This document shows positions 11,781 to 23,300 of a DNA stretch of 64,000 bases, in pieces. The notes below the pieces were generated by a model. The model was not told where the DNA came from, did not search any database, and was given only the letters and a program-made list of their open reading frames with translations. Each line of letters opens with the position of its first letter. Position 1 is the stretch's first letter. The stretch comes from Heterodontus francisci (Eukaryota), in assembly GCF_036365525.1 (NCBI RefSeq), contig NW_027141363.1, positions 496,001 to 560,000 on the forward strand. The letters run 5' to 3'. Position numbers and translations under genes: made by a program.

Positions 11781-13495
11781 CATTTGTTTGTGTGTGTTCC
11801 ATTTCACCAGACTGCCTCTATCCTCCTGAAGTCTGCTACTAGTCCCTTCCCTGTTTATTACATTATAGATGTCACAAACATTGGTAAACATTGAAGTTAT
11901 GCCCTGGAAACCCAAGTCCAAGTTATTAGTATATATCAAAAAGATCAGTGGTCCTAATAAGATCCTCCACTGTATATCTCCCTCCAGTCTGAAACAACCA
12001 TTGTCCACTCTCTCAGCCAATGTCATATCCACTCAGCCACTGCCCCTTTCATCCATGGAGCACCAATATTGATAACTAGTCAATTAGGAGGCACCATTAA
12101 GTCCTTCCCATGAGGACACTGGTCCCAGACCTCTCTGCTTGCACTCTCCCATCAAAATTCCCCAGACAGGTACAGCATGGATTAGATACAGAGTAATGCT
12201 CCTTCTACACTGTCCCATCCAACACTCCCAGGGCAGGAACATCATGGGGTGGATACAGAGTGAATCTCACTCTACACTGTCCGAAACAGACAGAGAGAGA
12301 GAGACAGAAAGAGAAAGAGAGAAAGAGAGAGACACAGACAGACAGGGTGACAGGGAGTGAAAGAAGGATATTTAACATCGGATATAGGAAGAGGAGGAGG
12401 CAATTTAACCCCTCAACCCTGTTCCCGCATTCAATGAGATCAGGGCTGATCTGTGATCTAACTAACACCATATATCCCACCTTTGACCCTTATCTCTTAA
12501 TACCTTTTGTTAACAAGAATCTATCAATCCCAGATTTAAAAATTAACAATGAAGCCAGCATGAATTCCTGTTTGCAGAAGAGAGATCTAAAATGACAAAG
12601 AAATCCAAAGGAATGATTGGACAGGCTGGGGTTGTTTTCTTTGGAACAGAGGAGGTTGAGGGGAGATGGAGTTGAGGTGTATAAAATTATGAGGGGCCTC
12701 GATAGAGTGGATAGGGAGGACCTATTTACCTTAGCACAGAGGTGCATAAAAAAGGGCACAGATTTCAAAATGTCCACAACCAATATCATGAGGGTGTGAT
12801 GGCTCCCGCAGTGGAATAGCTTGCTGGATGTTTAAAATGGAGGATATTCCCTCTGGATCTCTCCGGATGTTTCTCTCTCCATATCTATCTCTTATATGTT
12901 TGTACACACAGCAGTGAAGGATTACATCAAATTATTATATCTGACATTCTCCCTTTCAATCCACCCCAACAATATCTCTCTCTCCAACCTTGTCCCTCTC
13001 TACAGCCCTCTCTCTCTGTCTGCATATCTAACCCTCTCTCCCTCTGACTCTATCCTTGTGTCAGAGATAGCAGGAGGGAGAGACAGAGAGAGGAAGACAG
13101 AGAGAGAATGTTGAAGGAACTGTACTCTCTTCCTAAGCTGTGCTGAACCTGCTCTCGGAGTGTTTGATGGGCTACATTAATCGGCCGTGTGCAGTCCTGT
13201 ATCAGGCTGTGAAGAAGCAGAGCATGTTCAGTACACAACGGGTCAAAGGGAACGATTCACTCCTCTCTGCTACTGGGAAGAGAGACTGACCTTAACATCA
13301 AGGCAGCGTTTGACCGAGTGTGGCCTTGAGGAGCCCGAGTAAAACTGAAGTCAGTGGGAATCTGCTGGTTGGAATCAAACCGAGCACAAAGGAAGATGGT
13401 TGTGGTTGTTGGAGGTCAATCAGCTCAGTCCCAGGACATCACTGCAGGAAAATAGAGACAAGATAGATGAAAACTTTCAGTCTGTCATAAAAAGT

Positions 13496-14390
13496 CCATA
13501 CAAATAGGAAATGGTTGATCTTGGAACCTTTAATCATGTCTCTGATGATTCATACAGTGCAAAGGCGAAACACCTCTCCAGATCCGTCTCTGACTGGAAC
13601 ACCTGCCTCCAGACGGCGGCTTCAGCATCTGTTCAAAACTGTTAATCCACTTGTCTCTCAGTCTGTCGGTGTCTTTTGAAGAATTTTCACAATGACTGCA
13701 GTTCAGTGCGGTGAAGAACTTAACCCTATAACTCCCGTTTAGCAGAAGGGGGGGAAATGAAACTGTCTTGGCCCTGAAACAAGGCAGCAGGTTGACGGGT
13801 CTTATTGGATCATAGAATCATGCGGGATAAATCCAGGCCATTCAGCCCATCGATCCTGGCCTAGCTGTTTGAAAGAGCGACCTCCTCCCATCTCTCTTCA
13901 TCTTACCCTATCAACAGATTCTTCTATTCCTTTCTCACTCATGTATTTATTCAGCTCCCCTTTAACTGCATCGTCTCTATTCGACCTCAACCCATTCCAT
14001 TGGTCGCTAATTCCACATTCTCACCGCTCCCTGGGTTAAAGAACCTCCTCCTGAATTCCCAATTGGATTTATTAAGTACTACCTTAAATTTATGATCCCT
14101 GGTTTTCATCTTCCCTGTCCAATTACTGCCACTCCCTGTTCTTTCTGAATATCCCTGCACTTGATCTTGCAGCTTGTCTGTCTCCTTCCCTACATTACAA
14201 CAGTTACTGCATTTCAAAATATATTTGACTGGTTGAGGCTGGAGTGAAGCAGAGAGCTGTCGGGCCGAATGGCGCCGATCTGTGCATTAGCTTCCATCGA
14301 CTTCTGTGCCACAAGCGCCAACACGAGTCGAGTAGAAGATTATAACTAATGGCTGAAACAGGTTCAGGGTCTGACACTGAAACGCCTGCA
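13496..14390 (+). repeat. About 0.9-kb direct repeat, copy 1 (left of V3 cassette)
   Basis: Paralogous to 18032-18920; ORFs 13987-14217 and 18520-18750 are near-identical. Confidence 0.9.
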
Positions 14391-15059
14391 GAATCGGTGC
14401 TTGCAGTTACACCTGGAGCCACTAGGTGCCAGTGTTACTCCACTGTCGCCGCTGCCCAGAACATGCTCAGACAGAGTGAGCTTCACCCACAGCAGCTCCA
14501 CAGGTCAACTTGGCTGCTTCTGAAATGTTTCACTTCTCAACTATTTCACACAAAATATTCCGGCAATGGAAGATGAGGTAGATGAGTTTTTAATCTGATC
14601 GTTTACGGGTCATTAAGTATCAATTATGTCAGTGCAACCTTGAAATATTTGCACCCAGATGCCAGTTTGTAGATTTCCAGGTTCTATTTTACAATTGCAC
14701 TGTCCCAGGTGTTTGTAGGAAACTAGGAGAGAGCCTGAATGTCCATCCTGACTTTCGCACAACTCCCACATCTATCGTGCCAAGTGTAAAGTAACATTTT
14801 CCCCCCATGCTCCCTGTTTCCAGGTTGAATAACGGGAGATCTGGTGCTCACTTCATGTGATCAAGTGAGAGACAGTTTTCAGAACAGAAGGCTTCACACT
14901 GACATGTTGTGATATCCTCACCCTGCTGGTGGAAGGGCTGTATTAATCAGGTCTGTTCATTGAGGAGGTGAAACTCAGTATGTTGAGGTTTTAAGAGCGG
15001 ATTTGCTTTTGCAGAACATTGCAAAACATTAAATTAACACAGAAGCTGGAGAGAGTTCA

Positions 15060-15665
15060 CCTTCTTAGGCAGTTCCCCGGGGTTGAGGATGACTTGCTTC
15101 CACTCCGGTTCAATGGGTTCTGAGATGGCTGATGAGTCCAGTGTATGATCTGCAGACTCTGTCACATGAGGTGCAGGTGGTGCTTGTAGGATCAGGTAGG
15201 TGAGTAGTTTGCAGGTTTGTGCGCTCCCTCCGATGCCTCGGCCTTACCTCTGCATGTTCCTTAAGTTCCTCGAGGTGTCCAATGCCTTCCCGTATGTCCT
15301 TTCTCCATCTGGGCTTGGTCAGGAGCCAGGGTCTCCAAGGAGTTGACGCGGATGTTTCATCTCTCCAGGGATGTTGTGAGGACATCTCTGAAGCATTCCC
15401 GCTGTCCTCCTGGGAGTCTCCTGCAACGACCAAGTTCTGAGTAGATCAGTTGCTATGAGGAGTCTGGTGGCAGGAATGTGAATGACATGTCCCAGCCAGT
15501 GGAGCTCTTTTTGGGTGTTTCGCGCCCTGACACTAGACAGGTTGGTTTGGGAGAGGACGATGCTGTTGGACTATCTGTCTTGCCACTGGATTTGGTGGAT
15601 AATGCGGAGGCACCTCTGGTGCTACTTCTCCTGTGCTTCGAGGTGTCTACTGTCGGTTCTCCAAG
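15060..15665 (-). mobile_element. RTE-clade LINE 3' fragment
   Basis: C-terminal CTSCDRVCRSYTGLISHLRTH motif typical of RTE ORF ends. Confidence 0.7.
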
Positions 15666-16869
15666 GTAAGGTCAGTGTGGAGGTGTATTTGTGAGCAGTG
15701 ACTGACGGGACAAAGCAGTTCAGAGTTATCCACTGTCTGGACAAAGAATCACACACAGACTGACCTCAAACTCACGTAATTTTACCAAGGAGTCAAAGAG
15801 CAGGGCCTGATCCATAGTTTTATCCTCATGTACCTGGGTTCCACACTTGGACTGTACATATTTTTTGGTATCCAACCTCCTTGGTTAAAACACACTGGGT
15901 GCACTGTGAACATTTCAGGTCTCCTCATACCTTGGTTAGACTTCATTTGGAGAACCGTGCACAGTTCTGGTCTCATTATACTTTGGTTGGACGAAGACTG
16001 GAGCACTGTGCACAGTTCTGACCACATTTAGATCACGGTATAATTATACATAACAGTAAGGATCGAACAGGCTGGGGTCCTTCTCCAGAAATGAGGGGTG
16101 CCCAGATAAGAAGTCTTTAATATTATTCATAGGTTTGATAGGATAGATGTAGAGAAGATATTTTCACTTGAGGCCCAAGACCAGAATTATAAGCTATAAA
16201 ATAGTCACGAAAAATCCAAATTCAGGACAAACCTCATTTCCCAGAGATTGGTGAGAATGGGGAACTAACCACCATAGGCAGTGGTAGAGGCAAATAGTAT
16301 TCAGTGGGAAACTAGTAGACATACGAGGCAGAAAGGATTGACAGGAGATGCTGAGAAGATGAGATAAAGAGGGATGAAAGGATGTATCTGTGGAACATCA
16401 ACACCTGTATAGATCCGTTCACCTGATGCTGTGTTCTATATTGTCTGCAATTCTATATAGTCAACGTCAGTATCTGAAAGAGGGGAGAAAGTTGGAAAGC
16501 CGATCTGGAACTTCCCAAGGAGTTCTACAGCCAATGAAGTGCTTCTGTTGAATTACAGGCATATTGGTCTTTGTTGCAAGGGGGATGGGAGTACAAGAAT
16601 AAGGAAGTCGTATTACACTTGTATTGGGTCTTGGTGAGAACACACCTGGAATACAGTGTGCACATATTTGGACAGGGCTCCGAATGATCGGGCTGCACAT
16701 GTCAATGAAACAGAACTGCAGTTCCAGAAAGCGATTAACAGGCGTCTAACATTGGTCCGTCCCCGGAAATGAAAGAAAACTGGGTCCCGCCTATCCGAAT
16801 GATAAAGTGATGGAGAGGGAAGCTGTGAATTTCAGTCAGTGCCCAGAACTTTGAGATATTCGACAATAA

Positions 16870-16900
16870 AAGTGCTCAGTCATTTCATATAAAACCACAC
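16870..16900 (+). promoter_or_regulatory. Candidate V3 promoter (TATA box)
   Basis: TATAAAA at 16888-16894, about 27 nt upstream of the leader ATG; TCAGTCA AP-1/CRE-like word just 5'. Confidence 0.45.
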
Positions 16901-16920
16901 GGATCCTTCACCCTCCAGAG

Positions 16921-16963
16921 ATGTCTGTCTCTCAGCTCTGGGTTGTGTTGTTGGTGTTAAGGG
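16921..16963 (+). CDS. TRBV: Leader exon of V3 (MSVSQLWVVLLVLR, phase 1)
   Basis: Hydrophobic 14 codons +1 nt, GTAAGG donor, in frame with the TTACAG acceptor ending at 17235. Confidence 0.85.
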
Positions 16964-17235
16964 GTAAGGAGGTGTCTGAACTGTGAGGTTCCAATGATGT
17001 ACATGTGTCTCTGCTTCTCAGTCTCTGTCTGTCTTTGTCTCTCTCCTTCTCCCTCTATATTTCTTTCTCTGTCTCTCATTATCTCTCGCTCTCTGCCTCT
17101 CTGCCTCTAACTGGTCCCCACCGCTCTCTCTATCTCTGTCTGCCCGCCTCTACCACTTCTTGTTGATAACGATATAGATATTGTCCCTGGGTTAATCTCT
17201 TTCTTTCACTCTCTCTCTCCCTCTCTGTTTTACAG

Positions 17236-17534
17236 ATGTGGGGGCTGTGTTGATCCAACAGACTCCCTCTTCCATATCCCATTCCCCAGGCTCTCCAGTC
17301 AGGATCGAGCGTATTTACACTGAAGCAACAGCTGGCTCCTATTTCTACTGGTACCGGTGGCGTCCGGACCGTGAGCCCCAGAACCTTTTCTATTCCTACG
17401 GTGCTGGAACGGTCAGTCCCTCTGGTGAGGTGGACGGTTTCACCGCCAGGAGACCCGACAACACCCATTTTTACCTGGAGTCCTCCAGCCTGTGGATGAA
17501 TCAATCAACCATGTATTACTGTGCCTGGAGACAG
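17236..17534 (+). pseudogene. TRBV: TCR beta-type V exon (V3), TRBV30-related; open frame but first Cys replaced by Arg (ORF/pseudogene)
   Basis: DVGAVLIQQTPSSISHSPGSPVRIE[R]IYTEATAGSYFYWYRWRPDREPQNLFYS...FTARRPDNTHFYLESSSLWMNQSTMYYCAWRQ; CGT at 17310-17312 where TGT is expected. Confidence 0.8.
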
Positions 17535-17573
17535 CACAGTGACTCAGAAAGGCGCCGGAGTTCAGCAAAAACT
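17535..17573 (+). promoter_or_regulatory. 23-RSS of V3
   Basis: CACAGTG + 23-nt spacer ACTCAGAAAGGCGCCGGAGTTCA + GCAAAAACT. Confidence 0.9.
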
Positions 17574-18031
17574 CTAAACATTGACAGAACTCACTTATGG
17601 GAGATAGACCTGTCTATCTGGGGTGTCATTCTATCACTCTGACTATCTGTCAGTTTCTATGTCTACTGTCGAATGAACTGGCTCTTTGACAGAGTTGTCT
17701 GACCAGTTCCCATTCACTGACTAGTTCTCCATTGCACTAATAAATCTCCCCTTCATCTACTTCTCCAATTGACATCTGGAAGTTACTATTGGATGGTCTT
17801 CCACCGCCCTTTCAGTCAGTGTCCTCCACATCATAACAATTCACTGAGGAGAAAGATTCCACTCATCTCCCACTCTGGTTCCTTTCCCAATTACCTTCAA
17901 TTCTTGGTCCCTGGTTTATCGACCCTCCTGACAGTAGATACAACCATCTGGATACAGTTTCTCTATCAAGACACTTCTGACCACATCTTTCAAATCTCCC
18001 CTTACCCTCATTACTCTAATGGACACAAGTT

Positions 18032-18920
18032 CATACAAATAGGAAATGGTTGATCTTGGAACCTTTAATCATGTCTCTGATGATTCATACAGTGCAAAGG
18101 CGAGACACCTCTCCAGATCCGTCTCTGACTGGAACACCTGAATACAGACGGCGGCTTCAGCATCTGTTCAAAACTGTTAACCCACTTGTCTCTCAGTCTC
18201 TCGGGGTCTTTTGAAGAATTTTCACATTGACTGGAGTTCAGTGCGGTGAAGAACTTAACCCTTTAACTCCCGTTGATCGCAAGGGGGGAAATGAAACTGT
18301 CTTGGCCCTGAAACAAGGCAGCAGGTTGACGGGTCTTATTGGATCATAGAATCATGCAGGATAGATCCAGGCCATTCAGCCCATCGATCCTGGCCTAGCT
18401 GTTCGAAAGACGACCTCCTCCCATTCTCTTTATCTTACCCTATCAACAGTTTCTTCAATTACTTTCTCACTCATGTATTTATTCAGCTCCCCCCTAAACT
18501 GCATCGTCTCTATTCGACCTCAACCCATTCCATTGGTCGCCCATTCAACATTATCTCCATTCCCTGAGAAAAAGAACCTCCTCCTGAATTCCCAATTGGA
18601 TTTATTAAGGACTACCTTACATTTATGATCCTTGGTTTTCATCTTCCCTGTCCAATTACTGCCACTCCCTGTTCTTTCTGAATAACCCTGCACTTGAACT
18701 TGCAGCTTGTCTGCCTCCTTCCCTACATTACAACAGTGACTGCACTTCAAAATGTATTTGACTGGTTGAGGCTTGAGTGAAGCAGAGAACCGTCGGGCCG
18801 AATGGCGCCGATCTGTGCATTAACTTCCATCTAGTTCTGTGCCACAAGCGCCAACACGAGTCGAGTAGGAGAATATAACTAATGACTGAAAGAGGTTCAT
18901 GGTCTGACACTGAATGGCCT
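18032..18920 (+). repeat. About 0.9-kb direct repeat, copy 2 (right of V3 cassette)
   Basis: See 13496-14390. Confidence 0.9.
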
Positions 18921-19746
18921 GCACAGCACTGTGCACAGCACTGCAGATTTGGTCCAACCAAGGTCGATGGAGACCAGAACAGTGCACAGGGCTCCAGAAG
19001 AGCTCTAAGTAAGGTATTTGTAAGTATGAACTGTCCTCAGCACTTCAGGCGTCGTCAACACAAGGCATATCGAGCTGAGAATTGTGCACAGTGCTCCAGG
19101 TGTGGTCTATCTGAGGTTCTTTATATAAACTGGAGGTGAAAAGTGGAAGATCTTTAATACAATTTGTGTTAAATGTCCATTTCCCAGCTTTGTAAACCCT
19201 TGTAACATTAAACTGGTAAATGTTAAGAAGGTTTTTTGGATTGAATACAGGCTAATGGATAAATACAGCAGCAGCAAATAATGTGCAAAGTATCATTGAG
19301 AAATATAACTGTAAATATGGGTGAGAATTGTGTGAAATGTCACCAGTTGTTAAAGTTCTCTTGGCTGCACCATTTAACCTGTCTCTAGTTTCAGTCTTTG
19401 TAACACAGTGGAATTGAAAATCTGAATAAAAACTGCATGTTTATTCTGCAGTCAAACCGGCCTCTCCAGCAAAAACTCTTTTGTCACAATTTCAAGGTAA
19501 CTGCAGTGAGTCATTTTCTGAACTGTCTGTTAACTGGAGGTGAATAGTGAAAGACATTGAATACAATGAGTGTTAAATGGTCATTATCCAAACTGGTCCC
19601 TCCAGGTTTTAAATGACAGCAGCTTTTCTGCCCTGTGAATGAGGTTTTTGGGGGAGGGAGAGAGAGACAGACAGGTTTCTGTGTGGAATGGTCCATTTGG
19701 GATATGGCTGGAATATCCCTCTCTCCCTCACTCCCTGTTTCCACAG

Positions 19747-19960
19747 AGACTCACCTTGGACTGTCCCATACCTGGGAGGGAGTGTCCAGATGGAGGAAGC
19801 TGAATGCTGTATTTTGGGTGGACTGTCTGTTTTGAGTGACAGGTTCCGGGATATATTAGGAGAACATCAGTCTCCATTCTTTCTTTCCATGCGGCTGGTT
19901 TGTGAAGGTGAGTTTTTGTGTCTCAGTCTCTGTGCCCAGGTGAATTGCAAGCTGATTACA

Positions 19961-20009
<49 letters not shown>

Positions 20010-20155
20010 CAGTCTGAATCCCAAACTCTGTCCCACTCCTGACCCTTTTCTCCAATTCCCACCACAATCTCCCACTCCAGGATCTTTTCCCCATGGACAA
20101 GCTGATGGAGGGAAGGTGTTGGAGTCCAACGATGGAGCGCAGACCATGTGGGATG
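19747..20155 (+). other. Two phase-compatible candidate exons (19747-19907, 20081-20155) of unknown gene
   Basis: Pyrimidine-rich CAG acceptors, GTGAGT donors, continuous frame DSPWTVPYLGG...RLVCE-GSFPHGQADGGKVLESNDGAQTMWD. Confidence 0.4.
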
Positions 20156-20169
20156 GTGAGTATCACATC

Positions 20170-22435
20170 TTTATTGTCTCTCTCTCTGCCTTTTTCCCTC
20201 CTTCTCTCTCAGTCTCTCTCTCAATCTGTGTGTTTCACTGTGTGTTTTTTTCCCCTCTCTCTGTGTTTTCTCTCTCTCTCCCCGTGTTTCTCTTCCCCCC
20301 TCTCTGTTTTTTCTCTCTCGGTTTTTTTCTCTCGCTCTCCCCGTGTTTCTCTCCCGCTCTCTGTTTTTTCTCTTTCTCTCTCGTGTTTTCTCTCTCTCTC
20401 TCTNNNNNNNNNNNNNNNNNNNNNNNNNNNNNNNNNNNNNNNNNNNNNNNNNNNNNNNNNNNNNNNNNNNNNNNNNNNNNNNNNNNNNNNNNNNNNNNNN
20501 NNNNNNNNNNNNNNNNNNNNNNNNNNNNNNNNNNNNNNNNNNNNNNNNNNNNNNNNNNNNNNNNNNNNNNNNNNNNNNNNNNNNNNNNTGTTTTCTCTCT
20601 CTCTCTCTGGGTTTTCTCTCTCTTGTGTTTTCTCTCTCTCTCTGGGTTTTCTCTCTCTTGTGTTTTCTCTCTCTCCCCATGTTTCTCTCCCTCTCTGTTT
20701 TTTCTCTCTCGGTTTTTTTCTCTCGCTCTCCCCGTGTTTCTCTCCCGCTCTCTGTTTTTTCTCTTTCTCTCTCGTGTTTTCTCTCTCTCTCTCTGGGTTT
20801 TCTCTCTCTTGTGTTTTCTCTCTCTCTCTCTGGGTTTTCTCTCTCTTGTGTTTTCTCTCTCTCTCTCTCTGGGTTTTCTCTCTCTTGTGTTTTCTCTCTC
20901 TCTCTCTCTGGGTTTTCTCTCTCTTGTGTTTTCTCTCTCTCTGGGTTTTTTCTCTTTCTCTCTCTTGTGTTTTCTCTCTCTCTCTCTGGGTATTTTCTCT
21001 TTCTCTCTCTCGTGTTTTCTCTCTCTCTCTCTCTGGGTTTTTTCTCTCTCGTGTTTTCTCTCTCTCTCTCTGGGTATTTTCTCTCTCGTGTTTTCTCTCT
21101 CTCTCTCTCTGGGTTTTTTCTCTCTCGTGTTTTCTCTCTCTCTCTCTGGGTTTTCTCTCTCTCGTGTTTTCTCTCTCTCTCTCTGGGTATTTTCTCTCTC
21201 GTGTTTTCTCTCTCTCTCTCTCTGGGTTTTTCTCTCTCGTGTTTTCTCTCTCTCTCTGGGTTTTCTCTCTCTCGTGTTTTCTCTCTCTCTCTCGTGTTTT
21301 CTCTCTCTCTCTCTGGGTTTTCTCTCTCTCGTGTTTTCTCTCTCTCTCTCTGGGTATTTTCTCTCTCGTGTTTTCTCTCTCTCTCTCTCTGGGTTTTTTC
21401 TCTCTCGTGTTTTCTCTCTCTCTCTGGGTTTTCTCTCTCTCGTGTTTTCTCTCTCTCTCTCGTGTTTTCTCTCTCTCTCTCGTGTTTTCTCTCTCTCTCT
21501 CTGGGTATTTTCTCTCTTGTGTTTTCTCTCTTTCTCAGGGTTGTTTCTCTCTCTGGGTGTTTCTGCCCCCCCTGATCCAGACTCCTATCTAAATACAAGA
21601 CCCCCCGGGGACTGACCCCCCCCCCCCCCAGTAAATACCCCACAGGGACAGACCCCCATCTAAATACCCCTCCCCCCCTGGGAACAGACTCCTTTCTAAA
21701 TACCACCCCCCCCCCCCCAGGAACAGACTCTCTCGTGTTTTCTCTCTCTCTCTCTCTGGGTTTTTTCTCTCTCGTGTTTTCTCTCTCTCTCTCTGGGTAT
21801 TTTCTCTCTCGTGTTTTCTCTCTCTCTCTCTGGGTTTTTTCTCTCTCGTGTTTTCTCTCTCTCTCTCTGGGTTTTCTCTCTCTCGTGTTTTCTCTCTCTC
21901 TGGGTATTTTCTCTTTCTCTCTCTCGTGTTTTCTCTCTCTCTCTCTCTGGGTTTTTTCTCTCTCGTGTTTTCTCTCTCTCTCTCTGGGTATTTTCTCTCT
22001 CGTGTTTTCTCTCTCTCTCTCTGGGTTTTCTCTCTCTCGTGTTTTCTCTCTCTCTCTCTGGGTATTTTCTCTCTCGTGTTTTCTCTCTCTCTCTCTCTGG
22101 GTTTTTCTCTCTCGTGTTTTCTCTCTCTCTCTGGGTTTTCTCTCTCTCGTGTTTTCTCTCTCTCTCTCGTGTTTTCTCTCTCTCTCTCTGGGTTTTCTCT
22201 CTCTCGTGTTTTCTCTCTCTCTCTCTGGGTATTTTCTCTCTCGTGTTTTCTCTCTCTCTCTCTCTGGGTTTTTTCTCTCTCGTGTTTTCTCTCTCTCTCT
22301 GGGTTTTCTCTCTCTCGTGTTTTCTCTCTCTCTCTCGTGTTTTCTCTCTCTCTCTCGTGTTTTCTCTCTCTCTCTCTGGGTATTTTCTCTCTTGTGTTTT
22401 CTCTCTTTCTCAGGGTTGTTTCTCTCTCTGGGTGT
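20170..22435. repeat. CT-rich satellite (CTGGGTTTTCTCTCTCGTGTTTTCTCTCT)n
   Basis: Visible tandem units; internal duplication of about 0.87 kb. Confidence 0.9.
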
Positions 22436-23300
22436 TTCTGCCCCCCTGATCCAGACTCCTATCTAAATACAAGACCCCCCGGGGACTGACCCCCCCCCCC
22501 CCCAGTAAATACCCCACAGGGACAGACCCCCATCTAAATACCCCTCCCCCCCTGGGAACAGACTCCTTTCTAAATACCACCCCCCCCCCCCCCCCCCCCC
22601 CCCCCAGGAACAGACTCCTATCTAAATACCCCACCACCCCCGAGGACCAGACTCCCATTTAAATACCCCCCCCCCCCCCCCTGGGAACAGACTCCTTTCT
22701 AAATCACCCCCGCCCCCTGAACAAACTCCCATCTAAATACCCTCCCGGGAACAGACTCCTATCTAAATACCCCACCACCCCCGAGGAACAGACCCCCATC
22801 TAAATACCCCCCCCCCGGGAACAGACTCCTATCTAAATACCACCCCCCCCCCCAACCCCCCCTGATCCAGACGCCCATCTAAATACCCCCAGGAACAGAC
22901 CCCCCCCTTTCTCATTGTCTTTCTCCATCACTGTCTCTGTTTCTCTCTCTCTCTTTCTCTGTCCGTGACTCCATTTGTTCCTCCCTTACACCATCTCCCA
23001 CTCTCTCTGATTATGTCTCTCTCTCTCTCTCTCTCTGTGTCCCTCTCTTGTGCTGTCTGTCTCTCTCATTGCCTCTCTTTCTCTCCCTGCAATTTTTTAA
23101 CACCCCCCAGACTCACATCTAAATACCCCACAGGGACAGACTCCTATCTAAATACCCCCCGGGAACAGACTCTCATCTAAATACCCCCCGGGAACAGACT
23201 CTCATCTAAATGCCCCCCCGGGAACAGACCCCCATCTAAATAACCCCCCCCCCATTAACTGACCCCAATCTAATTCTCCCCCCCAATGTAAACACCCCCC
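22436..23300. repeat. Poly-C minisatellite (ATCTAAATACCCCCCCGGGAACAGACTCC)n
   Basis: Repeated CAGACTCC-ATCTAAATA-Cn units; G-run rich on the minus strand. Confidence 0.8.

Noticed and set aside
13686-13728. CACAATG-23-ACTTAACCC cryptic RSS (copy near 18224)
   Set aside because: Poor nonamer and no V/D coding sequence adjacent
19918-22489. Long ORFs (up to 565 aa) rich in SL/RE
   Set aside because: Translations of CT microsatellite and N runs, open in several frames on both strands
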